Source of the DNA: Guillardia theta CCMP2712
Lineage: Eukaryota; Protista; Cryptophyta
Direction: 5' to 3'
NCBI RefSeq assembly: GCF_000315625.1
Contig: NW_005434670.1
Coordinates: forward strand, 883,165-947,164
DNA length: 64,000 nucleotides
The notes under the pieces were generated by a model, which was not told the origin of the DNA, ran no database searches, and worked only from the letters and a program-made list of their open reading frames with translations. Below are positions 23,101-36,912 of the stretch, in pieces (the first letter of the stretch is position 1; each line of letters opens with the position of its first letter). A program made the translations under genes and the position numbers.

Positions 23101-23532
23101 GATCGGTCGTTCAGTCGCTCAACGCCATGCGACGATCCCTGCCGCCCTCGCTCGGGCTGGTGGCCCCGGGGGGATCGGGGAGATTTTTTACTCACCACGA
23201 GTGGGGCAGGACGGAAAGAAGGAGGGATCAGGATGGAGAGAGGGAAGGGGAAGATGACAGGAATGCGGCAAGGGTTTCTGATGAGCAACGAGACCCCGTA
23301 GAGGAGGGGATGGGAGGGGATGGGAGGGGAGGCGAGAGGAGGGGAGGGGAGGGGAGGGGAGGCGAGAGGGGCAAGGGAGTCCCAAGGAATCAGAACATAG
23401 TCAACCAGTTGGTTGCGCTTCCGTAAACGAGTAGAGGAAGGAGCTGGAGATGGTCCAGAGAAGTTAAAGACGCTAGAGAGGAGGGGGGGAAGACGCTAGA
23501 GAAGGAGGGGAGTAGATTCATTGAGCTAGCAT

Positions 23533-24556
23533 TTACTTCTTTTGTTCCTTCTGGGCCTCGCGCTCTCGCATCACCTGCTCCCTCGCAGCGGCATACTTCT
23601 CTATGAGCGATTGCTTTGCGGTCTCCGCCACCAGCCTGCACACAACGTCAGCAGGAAGAAGGAGGTAGCAAGGAAGCGAGGGCACCGGAAGGCAGCAGGC
23701 TCCGTGATTGCGAGGTCAGAGAGGACCTGATAGGAGCAGGTCAGCTGCTGCTTTCCCCGCAGAACTTGTGTGATCGACTTGCCTTGCGATTGAGCTCCAC
23801 GTTGGCGAGTTTCATGCCATGGATGAATTCTGCATACTTCATCCCGTGCTCTCTCGACGCCGCGTTTATCCTCTGTATCCACAAGGACCGCGTGTCGCGC
23901 TTAATCAGCTTGCGGTGGACGTACTGAATGCTGCTGTCAGCGCAGAAGCGTCGAAGGTAGACGACAAAGACGACAGACACGAAATGACATCACCTGATGC
24001 TCTAAAGCCTCTTGCACTTGACCAATAGCAACCTTGAAACAGTTCTTGCTCTTTCCGCGCATACCCTTGGCCAGGGCGAAAACCCTGAACATTCCATCGT
24101 GAGCCGGTCGGACTAATTCACAGGTGTGGATGAGCAGCTCCAGAACTCAATCATCATGCACAATATGCATGCGCATCTCCAGAACATCTTGGAGATACAT
24201 AAAGCACAACAGACCACGCAAATCAGAGCAGACAGGACTATTATTTGCATAGAGCTTTTCGACAAGGATGGAGCGGAGAAGTTGAATCGACGGTCAGAAT
24301 TAAGTTTTCAGCCCCTCTTTCAACATCCCCTCCGTCTTTCCCCCTTCCTTTGACACCCCTCCCCACCTATCCCCCCTTTCCAACGTTTGCCTTCCCTCCT
24401 TCCCCATCCTTCGATCCACTGGCCCCATCCCTCTTCGTCCTCCACCAACACACGCATGCAGGCGCACACCAGTGCATCTCCTCGACTTCGTCTTCCTCTG
24501 TCCCTCCCTCTTCCTCGCCCCGTCTCCTCTCCTCACCTTTCACGCTTCAGCGTCAT
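23533..24556 (-). CDS. MRPL20: Mitochondrial (bacterial-type) ribosomal protein L20
   Basis: MTLKRER|[59 protein letters not shown]|[13 protein letters not shown]. Confidence 0.93.
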
Positions 24557-24589
24557 GGCTGCTCGAGGTTTGGTCGCAACCGTTGAGAA

Positions 24590-24700
24590 TAGGTAACGGT
24601 AGGACCAAGAGACGTTATTAGCGGTTACAGATTCACTCGGGGCCGGGCCTGCCTCGGGCCGGGCAGGGACTCAAGTTGTAGCCCTGGCCAGGGATCGCAA
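24590..24700. other. Small palindrome-scar island in divergent promoter of MRPL20 / C2orf69-like
   Basis: GGGCCGGGCC, GACTC, AAGTT, CCCTGGCCAGGG. Confidence 0.45.
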
Positions 24701-24727
24701 AGCGCATTCCACAATGCTGCGTGGGCG

Positions 24728-26568
24728 ATGAGGATCGGAGGAGCAGCGGCAGCGATGATGGCGGCGATGATGGGCAGCATGCGGGGGATGAGCGAGAGCA
24801 GCACGCGCGTGCATGCGAGATCCATCAAGCAAGTCCGTGTGGAGGCTGCGGGAAGTATGAGGGCGAGAGGAACTTTTGGAACAGACATGGTGGGGACCGG
24901 GCAGGGGATTGTTCTGCCGTGACTGCGATGGCAGGTATGGTACTCGATTAAGTCCAACACACCGGCATCAACTGTGGTGTTCTTCGGAGGAGACAGTGAT
25001 GTCTTACCTGTCTTGGTGGCTCGATGACTGACTCGTCGCCCTCGTTCCGTCAGAGTGTGACGACATTGCCAACAGTGCTACAGGTACTCGCCCTATCTAT
25101 TCTCACGGCACTCGTCCTTTGATGATCCTGCAATGAGCGTGCTGCAAGTGCTATAATCTCTTTGATACCGGCCCGATGCGCACGTGTACGGCCCTGCAAT
25201 GTAGCAAGTGATCAGTTCTACTGATCTGTCCGTTTATCGTTAGTTCGTTCGATGGTTCATTCAGTATTATCAATCATGATGATTCTTGCTCTTACAGCAG
25301 ATGACGAAGACATTCTAAGGCTAAGCAAGCCTGAGAACATCATCGCGCTGCTGCAAGAAAAGTTCAAGAGCCCTGCGAGAGGATCTCAGAACTTTACTGT
25401 TGGGAACGAGTGCGTCAACGTGTTTGTGATTGAGCCGACCCGCGTTCAGGTACATGTGATTATCTTACCTCATGGACTGACTTGACTGACTTGATTGTTT
25501 TGCAAATCAGGACGGAGTCTGGTCCTGCTTTGACAACTTCATGGAATCGACAAGGTCGGGAGAGCCGGTATGAACCTTCTTTCCCCAGGATACACGGCTA
25601 ACAAGAGGATGGCTTGCAGACGAAAGGTTATGCACAGCAAGGGAAGGCGCTGCTACAGCTTTCCTCTTTGCTGCGATCGACGATGCGCTCGGTCCCAGAG
25701 ATCGAGAAAGAGCTCTGCGACCTAGGACGAACCGTACTCGTGGGGTTCAGCAAAGGAGGGGTAGTTCTGAATCAGGTCAGCTCACAAGTCCTGATGTAGA
25801 GGATTCATGTGAATGATGATGCAGATGCTTGCGGAGTTGTCTGCAGGGACAGCCAAGTCGTCTTCATCTGAGCTCCAGCTCCAGGAAGATGGGGATATGA
25901 GCAATGGAAACAGGTCCGTGCACAGGCAAGTTCCTTTGTTCACCTCAAATGCTCGCTGCAGCCAAGACGATTCGGAGAAGCGAGTGCTGATAGACGAGGT
26001 GTGCATCGAGTGCTGTAGCTGCGTCTGTCTCTGCCTGCGTGAGAAACCCCTCAGGTTCACTACGTGGACGCGGGACTGAACAGCCGGGGAGCATACCTAA
26101 CGCATCCTGAGATTATAGAGAGTGATGGCAGTGACAACGCGTTCGTTCCGGCTGACATGCGCGCCCGTCAGATCTGTCGGGCATGCAGGAGCATCGGAGA
26201 GATCGAGCCCTCAAGGTCTTCCTGCATGGAACGCCGAGGCAATGGCGCGACAGGTTGGTTGAGCGCAGGGGCACTTCAAGGCTGCTCGCATGAAGGTCTC
26301 ATACCTGCGGGCTGCAGGAGAAGGAAGTGGGTGGGAGATGAGAAGGATCGGATGGTTGCGCTGATGAGGTCAGCGGTGGAGAGATTGAGCATGAGGATGT
26401 GAAGTTGCAGTGCAGGAAGAACAAGATGTCAGTGACGGAGAGGATTTACATGGAGGAGGAGGAGGCCTCGCTAGCGATGCACTTCCGCTGTACATGTCAA
26501 AGATGCATGTCTACCTTGTATGATGAGGTGCTGCAGGCCTGGAAGCGATGAACGTCGAGCAAGAATGA
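24728..26568 (+). CDS. UPF0565 / C2orf69-like alpha/beta-hydrolase-fold protein
   Basis: VVFFGGD, FVIEP..WSCFDNF, LVGFSKGGVVLNQ, YVDAGLN..GAYLT, LHGTPRQW, WVGDEKD, SLAMHF. Confidence 0.85.
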
Positions 26569-26683
26569 TCGTTCTCCTTGAAGGTTCACACTGATTACAA
26601 TCAAGAGAACATTGCTAGTGAACTCGAGAAGAGAATTGCAATCGCACTTCATTCACTGCACTAGGGGGAGCATGCAGTCAGGC

Positions 26684-28939
26684 TCATCGGATCCGCATCG
26701 AGGACGTGCGATGGCAGTAGATGAGATCTTTGAAATCATCATAAGTCCGTTGGAGCTCCTGGCTCAGCATCAGGTAGGAGGAGACTCTAGTCGAAGGCCC
26801 ACCTTCACGTAGGCCGCATGGCATCGCTCGACTAGTTCCATCCCCTCTGGGTCCTGCGACAACCACTTCTCTCCTGCAATCCCATAAGTCAACAGACAGG
26901 AAAATTTCCCTCTCTCCTCCACCCTCCAACAGTCACCCATTCACTATCCTCCCATTGCCTCAGTCTCCACCCCACCCCACCCTTCTCTTCCCTTCCTTGT
27001 CCTCCCGACCATCCTCGCCAACAGCTTCAACCTTTCTCCGCCGCCTCTCGAGCACGCGAGTCGATCTCCTTCAAGTTCAGCGGTCGCCCCACCACAACAT
27101 GGATCGGCTTTCGGAACCTGCACAGACAGGAGAGCGATCAGGAGCAGGACGACAGCAAGCGCACTTGTGCTCACGGGAGCAGGCCGAACGCCTTCTGAAA
27201 AATCCCTCTGGTCGGCATGTAAAGTCAGGGAGCATGCTTGTGAGCTCCTAGCGACTGACCGGCCATGGAAGATGGGCATGGCAAACCCCATAGTCTTCTG
27301 CAGTTTCTCTTGTAATCTCTTCACAGCTGGCCACTTCGCCACCTGCGCGGCATCCGTGACTGGCTGGGCCATTGGCAACAAGAACAGACCGCAAACACGT
27401 CGGTCTCACCAAACCCCAGGACAGGGACTAGACAAGCATCGTACAAGAGCGCCTGCAACGTGATGATGTCACGAGCGTAGATAGACACCGATATCCAGAC
27501 CTGACGGACAAAGCCTCGTCGTTTGCAGAGAGTGAGATCTCCCATGGTTCCTGGGTGAGAGTGAGAAGGAGAAGGAAGAGAAGAGGAGGGTGAGCAGGAG
27601 AAGGAAGAGAAGAGGAGGAAGAGGAGAATGTGAAGGGTCTTCACCTGGTTCTGCTGAGAGGGACTCATTTGCTCCACCGACAACTAGTGCTATCGCAGAC
27701 CCTGAGGCACAAAACTGCCATGAGGAGGCGGGAGGGAATGAGGCAGGAGGGAGGGGCTACCGCTCCCCTTAGAGAGGATGTTGCGGAAAGTTTCCTTGGA
27801 AGAATCGCAAATCCCGAGTCTGCGATCGCAGATGACGCGAGTCAGAGGGGACTGGCGCGAGGTCACGAGGCTCTACCTCAGCCAGACTTCTCTCAAGAAA
27901 GGGACCCTGAAGTTGATTGGCAGGGTGACCTGGGCCGCGAACAAATCATCCGAGACAAAAAGAGATGCTCTTGGTCGTGGTGGTCGTGGTCGTAATGGTG
28001 AGAAGGAAAAGGTGGAGGAGGGAGAAGAGAGAAGGAGGAGGAGAGAAGGGAGGAGGAGGAGGAGCGGGAGGAGGACGAGGAGGAAGAGGAGGAGGAGGAG
28101 GAGGAGGAGGAGGAAGAGGAGAGCACACTCTTGACAAGAGGGAGGAACTCTCTTCCTCACAAGGTGCACGTCAATCCCCTTGAAGATCTCCGAGAAACCG
28201 ACGCCCTCGGTCCCGAACGTCGCGATCGCTCCAAAGCTGATGATCCCATGGGGATGGTACCCAAAAATGTACTTCTGCTCGGGGTCGAGCTGGGCTGTCG
28301 GTCTGCCGTCCACAATCAACCACAGCAGATCGCAGGTGCGAGGAGAGAGAATTTCTGACTTACATGAGCGAGATCGGGAAATACTCGCCGAAATGTTTCC
28401 ACCAGCTGCTCAATCACCACTGTGAGTGACCCCCTCCTCCTGTGAGGCGCAGGCGACACCTCAGTCGACGGAACCAGTCGGACTTCTTTGATCCTGTTGT
28501 TGGAGACTTGTCTCGGAAGATGTGGACGAGGTACGCTGCCATGAAGACGTTGACGAGAGGAGCGAACATCAGCGTAAGCGATGTCCTGCATGCAGGCCCG
28601 GGTCAACCCAACGATCACAAACATCTGAAGAGAAGATCTACTTTCATACCACATACAGCCGAGCGAGACTGGGAGGGCATATACGAAGGAAGCAACGGCT
28701 GCTGTTTGCATTCTCCGATGCCATGGCACGTTGAAGATGGATATCAAACTCTCGCCCTCTCCCCTCCGTGACACATGCGCGTCTTTCACTCTGCTCCACC
28801 AGTGAGCTTCTGCTCCGCCATGGGTCTTGTCTCGCTTGTCTCCTGATCCTCCTGCGGGCACGTCTTGCTCCTGCCCCTGCTGCTCTCCCCCGCCTCCTTC
28901 TGCCCCCTCTACCTCCTGCCTCCCAGTGGCTGGGGACAT
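26684..28939 (-). CDS. DGAT2: Diacylglycerol/monoacylglycerol acyltransferase type 2
   Basis: KYIFGYHPHGIISFG, LPINFRVPFLRE, LTLCKRRGFVR, MGFAMPIFHGR; N-terminal VPWHRRMQTAAV + TM segments. Confidence 0.93.
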
Positions 28940-29478
28940 TGCGGACTACCCTGGTGGCCAGCACGCCTTTTAACTATTACTCAATAACGATACAAATGTT
29001 TTAGCCAATTATGGATACGATGACCATCGCCCTCATCCCCTCTCATCTTCAATGTCGTTCCTCTTCGATGCCCTGCTGCGGAATTTTTGTTGGAAGGAGA
29101 TGGGAGGAAGAGGGCAGGGCAGGGCCGGGCAGGGCCGGGCCGGGCAGGGCAGGGCAGGATATGACATGACAATGGCAGGACAGGACAGGACAGACGCTGT
29201 GGAGGACGGGGGGCGTGGAGAGAGGAAGGGTGGAGAGAAAAAGCGTAAAAAGATATAAAGAGAGGGCAGGCATGGATGAAATTGGAGGGCAGGTGAGGTA
29301 TGCCCAGAAAAGCGAGATCGAGAGAGAACAAGAACGGAGAAACGTGAAAGATCAGGTTGGAACTAGGTGGCTGAAGAATTAGATAACAGTGATCAAGCCA
29401 TAGGGGTCGTCTACTCATTTGTGTTGATTTCTTCAGCCGTCAAACCTCCCGTCAGTTCATGTCATAGCACACACAAGA

Positions 29479-31628
29479 ATGACTAAGAGCAAGAACGTCT
29501 TCTTGATCACCGGGGGCTACGATCACAGCATCAAGTTGTGGGACGTTCACAATGGCGCCTGTGCTCGGACCCTTCAGTTCCCGGGTATGGCTGAACGTGA
29601 AACCTCCTTCTGCGTTCCTGAAGCTCCTGCTGCAGACTCCCACATCAACTTGCTGCGGGTCTCACCCAATAAGAAGTGGTTGGCTGTTGCTGCCCACCCT
29701 CTGATCCGCATCTACAAGACGGACTTCGCGTCCAACGGTAGAGGAGAGAGGGAGGGAGGGAGGGAGGGAGGGAGGGAGGGAGCGAACGAGGATGGGGAGG
29801 AAGGGAGGGAGGGGGGAGAGTCTGCGGTGCATTGAAGACTCATCCTGTCTCCAGGCCACCTTTCAGAGCTCATGGGGCATACCAAGAACGTCACTTCGGT
29901 GGTCTTCGACAGCTTCGGGACGGGCCTCTACTCGTGCGGAGAAGATTGCCTGGTAAAGTTCTGGGACCTCCGTCAAGGAAAGTCGGTCATCGACTTCAGC
30001 CATGCAGCTCCATGCAGCTCCCTTGCCCTCCATCCCTGCCAGCACATCGTCGTGTCCGGGGACAACGACGGGCACATTCGAATCTGGGATGTCCGGGCGA
30101 GGAAGTGCCTGAGGGAGATGGTGGGTGGAGGGGGTTGAGATTCTGTGGGATGTGACAGGAGGAAACTCAGGTGCCTGAGGCTGAAGTTGGGATACGAAGC
30201 TGCAGCATAACTCCTGATAGCTCCGTGAGTCTTCTCAACACCTTGTTCCCTCCTTGCCCTCGTGAAATTCTTCTACATCCTCCGCCGCTTCCTCCACCCA
30301 TCGCTCTTTCTCCTGCTATGCTCTTCTCTCTCCTCGTCTCCCTCCTATTCCTGTCTCCCGTCTCCTGATTTCCTCCCCGTCAGATGTTGGTTGCAGCCAA
30401 TAACAATGGCACTTGCTTCGTGTGGCGGCTTGACCCTGTTGTGTCCTCGACAGTCGGCAGCAGGGAGAAGGCAACGAATGGTGAGGAGTGGTGGGAGGGA
30501 GGAGGAGGAGGGAGCAGAAGCAGGGGGCGGAGGAGGAGGAGGGGGGAATTTGTGTGAAGTGTGATGTGTTCCATGCAGGGGACCAGAAGAGCAAAGGGGC
30601 TGAGGGGGAAAAGGAGGAGGAGGGAGAGGGAGGAGAGGGAAAAGTAACGGCTAAGGAGGAGGAGAAGAAAGAGCCTCCAAGGGAGGAGAGGAAGACAACG
30701 TGTGACCTGAGCTTGGAGCCGCTGGTTCAGATAGACGCGCACAAGACTTTTATCCTCCGGACGGCCGTCAGCTCCAACTCCAAGTGAGCCTTCGTCTTGC
30801 TTTCCGACCATTGGGCAGCACGTGAGGAGAGTGTGCAGGTACATGGCGACGGGGGCAGGTGACAACACGGCCAAGATTTGGTCGCTACCCAGCTTCGAGC
30901 ACGTGCACACCCTGAGTGCTCACCAGAGGTGAAGCGATGGTGGAGGAAGTTGGGATGAGAGGAGAGGGGGACAGAGGAGGAGGAAGAGGAGGAGGAGGTG
31001 GTGGACAGAGGCTGAGGAAAGACATGTGCTGTTAGCAAACAGCTACATGGTTGTGTGTGGTTTTGATGGCGTCTCAAGGGATGAGGGATGACATAGGAGA
31101 GACGATAGGGGGAGAGGAGGAAGGGGAGAGGGAGAGAGGAGACCCTCGTTAAATTGCTGTTTGCTTCTTGTCACGTTGAACGATCAGGTGGGTATGGGAC
31201 GTTGAGTTTTCAGGAGACTCCAACTTTCTCTTCACGGGTGGGTGTTGCAGAAGAGGAGGAGGGTGAAGATGGTGAAGAGGAAGGGGGAATGGGAGGGAGA
31301 GGGAAGGAGAAGGGAAATGGAGATTGGATGTGTGTATGGGCGGGAGTTGTGGGGAGAGGAGAGGGAAAGGAACTAAAATCTGGTCAGGATCGTCAGATAA
31401 TTCGGCTCGAAGTTGGAACGTCGCGCAGGGGGAAGCGATCTGCTCCTTCAATGGGCATCACAAGGTGACAGGATTATGCCAGTGTTGATGATTTGTAGAG
31501 GAGGAGGAGGGGGATGAGATGGTCCAGTGGGTCAGATGAGGAGAGGAAGGGGACGGGGGCGGGGGGGCGAGGATGAAAATGACGGGAGCTTGCAGTCTGT
31601 AATCAGCATCTGTCTGCTCGAACACTGA
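29479..31628 (+). CDS. LST8: TOR complex subunit LST8 (WD40)
   Basis: ITGGYDHSIKLW, QFP|DSHINLLRVSPNKKWLAVA, GHTKNVTSV, SGDNDGHIRIWD, PEAEVGIRS, HQRWVWDVEFSGDS, GHHK. Confidence 0.93.
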
Positions 31629-31899
31629 AGGTCTGGGACCAACCAGCGAATAGGAGGAAAACAGCATCTCTCTGTGTAGTCACGCAAGACACGGCGAGAT
31701 TCTGCTAGGTTTGGAAGGACGACTGTTCTTCTCTACATGAACATTCATCTCCACCTCCTGTATCGTCCTTCTCCAACGTGCATGACGATCTTCATCGTGT
31801 TCAAAGAATCTTATATGTACAACCCTACGCCTCCTCCCTCTCCTCCGCATGCTACAGTTGCGCGTGCGCGCCTTTCCCCTCAAGCAGAAATAAAGAGTT

Positions 31900-34800
31900 G
31901 GGCTCCTTCCCCCTCTTTGGCAGAGTCTGCTAACAGTTCAGGGGAGGAAGCGGGTTGAGAGCAGGAGGGAGGAAGAGAGGAAGGGAAAAGGAAAGAACAG
32001 GACAGGGAGGAAAGAGGCAAGACAAAACCTGGTTAAGAACGGGAAGGCGCAGAGAAAAGCTGTGTGACGCTTGAACCTAATGGAATGATGAGACACGAAA
32101 AGGGGAAAAGCCTCAGTTGATAGCAGAACAATCACAAGAACAGCAAGAGAAATGGAGAGAAAAAGAAGGAAGCATATTCACCTGAGACGACAAAAGTTCC
32201 AGTTGTGAGAGTTTCCTGTAAAAAGGTCAGGAGCACAACAATGAGGTCGATCGCAACATCAAACACATGCGGGCAATCAATCAACGAGGGACAGGCAGGG
32301 AGGGTGAGGGTGTGAAGGGAGCAGGCAAAGCTGCTGGCTGAGGCTTCACCGCGTTCGGGAGAGTTTGGGGGAACTTTGAATGACTGACTTCTTGTGGATC
32401 TCAGGGCCAGAGCTTGCCCTGGAATGATGGTTAGGGGGAAGGGAGCGAGCGAGCCAGCGAGCGAGCTAGCAAGCAAAGAAGGGAAATAGGGAGGGGCCCC
32501 TGTAGGACAGAAGGCAAGGAGAAAACATGACAGAGGGAGGAACGAGAAGAGCAGCTGAAGGAGGGACAGAGAGGATAAACCAGAGGAGAAGAAAGGGAGG
32601 GAGTCTCGGAGGGCTCGTACCGAGGAAAGCTGGACTTGCTTGCAATTTTCAGAGCCCTCCTGCGGTTTTCCTCCTGCTCCGGGTCCAGGCCATGCAAAAG
32701 TGACAGGGGGATGGAGGAAGCGATCTCGCTCGCTGCCTTCTCTCTGAAGCTCCTCAGCACCTTGAAAGGATCGCTCAGCTTCGAGAAAAGGAGCATGACA
32801 AGAGGTCGAGGGAGAGAGACGAGCAAGTTGACGGACTATGAGCAGGAAATGCAGAAGGATCGTGGTGGCGGAGGATGAGGAGAACGAGAACATGTTGAGG
32901 AGGTGGTGGAGGTGGAGGAGGGGGAGGAGGTAGATAGGGAGGAGGAGGAGGAGGGGGGGGGGGACGAGGACGAGGACGAGGAGGACGAGGAGGAAGGATA
33001 CCTTGTCCCCCTTCGTCACGCTGGTTGCGTCGACCGTTGCCCTCCTGCTCGTCAACGATCTGCTCGTGCGCTGTCAGCCTTCGCATCCTCCTCGTCTCAA
33101 CACTCACAAGCTCTCCGCCTCCTCGTTGCTGACCCTCGTCGAGCTGCAGCGGGAGAGAAGGGCCTGAAGTGAGATGTCGCAATCAGATTTGAAAGTGAGG
33201 GCAAGCAAACGAATGAAGAAAACTTGAAAGCGTCATTCACAAGTTGAAAAAGTGAAAGCATCATTGAAAATTTGACTATAGGGTGGCAAACAATATCAAA
33301 AGAAAATAATCACGATGAAATGGCGGAAAAATTCATCATAAAACTCGTTATCATTTCATGATTATGGAAATGAAGATGGAATTGGTTATGTAATTTACAA
33401 ATACAAGACAAACAAATTCGAGGACAACAGAAAAGAAGGCGAATAGTGGTGATGGTGATGGCGATGATAAAAATGATGATCGAATTTACCTCTCTCAAAT
33501 CTGGCACCGAAGACGACAAGACATGAACGCTTCTCGACCGGACATCTTTCATTGCCACCGAGATTGTGCTTGCAAACAATCTCGACTTGATGTGGCTGTA
33601 GTTGCTTGAGGACTGAAGACAGGATGTGTAAACGAGAGTCAACCAGAGTAGGAGAAGAAGGTAGGATAAAAACAAAAGTACAATACCCGGTCACACAGGA
33701 CAGCATACGTCACAAAGATCGAGAGCAAAATAACTGCACATGAGAGAGCAGGGAGGGAGGAGCGGGACAGACGAGCATTGTATCAGCTTACATGTCTCGT
33801 CAGGCTCGGGCTCTTCTTGATGTCTTTGGTTTGACTCTATAGACAACCAATCAGATAGAAAGTAGGAGAAGCAAGCGACGCACGGGAACGACTTCTGGCT
33901 TCTCGACTTTCTCTTCGACATCACCACCGGCCACTTCCTCCTCCTAAAGATGCAGTGAAAACCAGTCGACCACCCCTCATCTTCATTTGATCTCCTCCTT
34001 TCCGTCTCCTCCTTTTCTATATTTTTCGCGTCTCCTTTCTGCTCATCCCCTGCTCCCAACCTCCACTGCCATGTCCTCACCGTCCCTTCTCCATCCTCAG
34101 CAGGCAGGGCCGACTTCTCCACAGATTCTTCTGCATCCTCGGGACTGAAAGGAAGAGAAGGAAGTCGTGGAGGAGGGTCGGGAGGAACGGGGCTCTCGGC
34201 TTTGATTGGTGGAGGAGGCGGAGCGATGCGATATTCCGCCACAGCGACATCTGAGAGCAGAGCACAACAGGATCAGAGACAGTCCAAGCAGAGGAGCCAT
34301 GGGACTCGAGGACGAGGATCGGGACAGAGGTGCACACACGAGGCCAGGAGCAGGCAGCAGAAAGAGATAGAAAAACGAGCGACTGGGAACAACAAGAGGA
34401 AGAGGTGATAATTCCAACCTGAGCATGCCCAACCCATCGGAGAGTTCTTGTCCTCCACGAAGGCAACGACTCTCACCACCGTGTCCTTGGAGATCTGGGG
34501 ACGAGCATCATCAGAGGATCCCAACAGCTCGCAGCAGCAGCAGCAATCCACCTTGATGCCTCCTCCTTGATAGATCAGCCCGTCCGGCGAGGCCGGCGAT
34601 GGATCCACCCCATCCAGCGTGTACTTGATCGTTGCAGCTGCGTGCTCGCACCTGAGCGTGACTGTGTGTGTCATCCATGACGTGTCCGCAGGGAATTCGT
34701 GTCCAGCTGCAGGCTCAAAGAAAACCTTTCCTATCCTGATCTTCTCCGGAGGGGGCAGGGGAGCAGGAGCAGGAGCAGGGGCTGGAGCTGGAGCTGGAGC

Positions 34801-35263
34801 TGGAGCTGGAATCTCGGCCTTGCTCGATTCCTCTCTCGGAGAAATCTGTCTTGGCACGTATGCCGGAGTGCCAGGCTTCGCATTTGTTCCCCTCCTGATC
34901 AATTTGATCGACTCCTCTTCCCCGGTCGAAAGCTTCAATACTGTGATCTCGACTTCCGTCCCCTCCTCTCCAACTATGAGTCCTGCCACGTTCTTCAATC
35001 TCATCCCTTGAATGTCCTTCCTGCAGGAGAGAAACAAGGAGAATCAGAGGCTCAAGCACCTCGAACGCCTGCACAACAACACAGCACAGCCAACCCCCCC
35101 TCACAACGTCCGCAGCAAGCAACAAAGGCTACCTGTCTACAGCGATAAGTCTATCTCCTTTGTCAAAGAACTTCGACTCTGCTGCTGACCCGCCGTTGAC
35201 AACATACTGCACGACGAGATTGGGCTCTGCAAGCCCAAGACCGATACCAGCTCGCTTCGACAT
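31900..35263 (-). CDS. PDZ + FN3-associated/CHB_HEX_C-like domain protein with Pro-rich linker (3' end uncertain)
   Basis: MSKRAGIGLGL..VVNGGSAAES..KGDRLIAVD..IVGEEGTEVEITV (PDZ); VTLRCEHAAATIKYTLDGVDP..IYQGG.IKISKDTVVRVVAF (CHB_HEX_C-like). Confidence 0.7.
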
Positions 35264-36465
35264 TTGAGATGTTGCGATGCTCGCGATGGTGAGTCAAACC
35301 AGGTTAAGTCTAAACCATGTTCGACTCCCCAATAACCTGTTGCCTGCAAAAGATTCTCAAAGATTCTCTGCGGCAATGCTGAAAAGATTATTTCCAGAAC
35401 TCTGATGTCTGTTGCGCAACAAATGTCTGTACACGGCTAATCATTTACATCCCCAGGCGTCAAACTTTCTTGACTCAATCTGCCAATCACTGTCAGTCGT
35501 TTCCCATTCGTTCATGTCATGCGTTCCGTTACAGGCTCCAACAACACTCTCCTCGTCCGTTCCCATTTCACCCCCAGCCTCCACCAGTCTACGTCAAGTA
35601 TTCATGCCTCAGTGTGCTTTTCTTCTCTTCTTGCCGGCCACTACATTTTCAGCCCTCTATCACCAATTCCCTATCATCACTCTCCTGCACTTTCTCTCCC
35701 CTGTTCTTTGTCCCCCTTCCCCCTCCATGCTATCATTTCATCCCCCCTCCCCTCCTGCTCCCTCCTTGCGTTCCTCTCCTGACATCTTTCGCTTCCCCAA
35801 ACCCTGTTTACTCCAGGCCTGCCATGATCTCGGGGTTCCATTAGAGCAGTCCACTACCCCATTTTACCACCCCGTATATGTACACCCCTACCCCCATGCA
35901 TATTTGTAATTACCCCTCATTTTTCCACAAATTTACAACCAATAAACCACCCCTACCCCTACTGGATGTAACCCATATCTTGGTAGAGCCCTACCCCCTT
36001 TTTTCCAGTCATGGACCCCATTCTGATTGTGACTTTACCACCCAGCCCCAGCCCCCACCCTTCTTTCACCTGCACCGTTTTGTCACGAAGAGCAATGTGG
36101 TCAGTAAAATCGCATACCTATCACCATAAGTCCATTTACTTATATCTTCACATAGTATTTCTGGTGTGTATGACCCCATATCTCGATCTCACTCTTCCCG
36201 AAGCACCACCCCTCCTATTTAAAATCTTTTTCACTCCGCCTTGCGCCGTCAATCCCTCATCCCCTCTATGTCCCATGTTGATTATTTCCCGCCATGGCGC
36301 CACATCGGAAGGGAGAGGAACGAGGAGCGGGATGTAGAGATGGCATATTGGGTATGTCAGGATGCGTAGAACAACTGTAGATGATCATTTTGTCGGTTTG
36401 TGCCGATGTTGGTGCTTCCACACTACAGTTGTTCAAGAAGGAAACTTGTGTGATGACTTAAGAAA

Positions 36466-36912
36466 AGATTTACAGAAAAATGAAAAACAAATAGATGATA
36501 TTCTTCCAGAGGATGAGAATGATACCAATTCAATGCAGGGAGATAGATTGACATATCAATACTGTTTGAATTACGCATCAAATGTTGATGATTTGAACTG
36601 ATTGACGCAACAATGAATGGCATATTCAAGAAGATCATGCTTTGAAATGTGACGAAAAGATCGAACAAGATCTAGATGGGGTCGAAGCAGATTTACAGAA
36701 AAATGAAAAACAAATAGATGATATTCTTCCAGAGGATGAGAATGATACCAATTCAATGCAGGGAGATAGATTGACATATCAATACTGTTTGAATTACGCA
36801 TCAAATGTTGATGATTTGAACTGATTGACGCAACAATGAATGGCATATTCAAGAAGATCATGCTTTGAAATGTGACGAAAAGATCGAACAAGATCTAGAT
36901 TGGGTCGAAGCA
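36466..36912. repeat. Two-copy 223-bp AT-rich tandem duplication
   Basis: 36466-36688 vs 36689-36911 near-identical (one mismatch seen, 36678/36901). Confidence 0.95.

Noticed and set aside
20520-33182. Many poly-S/P/L/E/R ORFs on both strands
   Set aside because: These are translations of intronic GAG/CTC microsatellites or antisense shadows of real exons.
36466-36912. CRISPR-like array or duplicated gene
   Set aside because: There are only two contiguous 223-bp units without spacers, the ORFs are short and stop-interrupted, and the context is eukaryotic.
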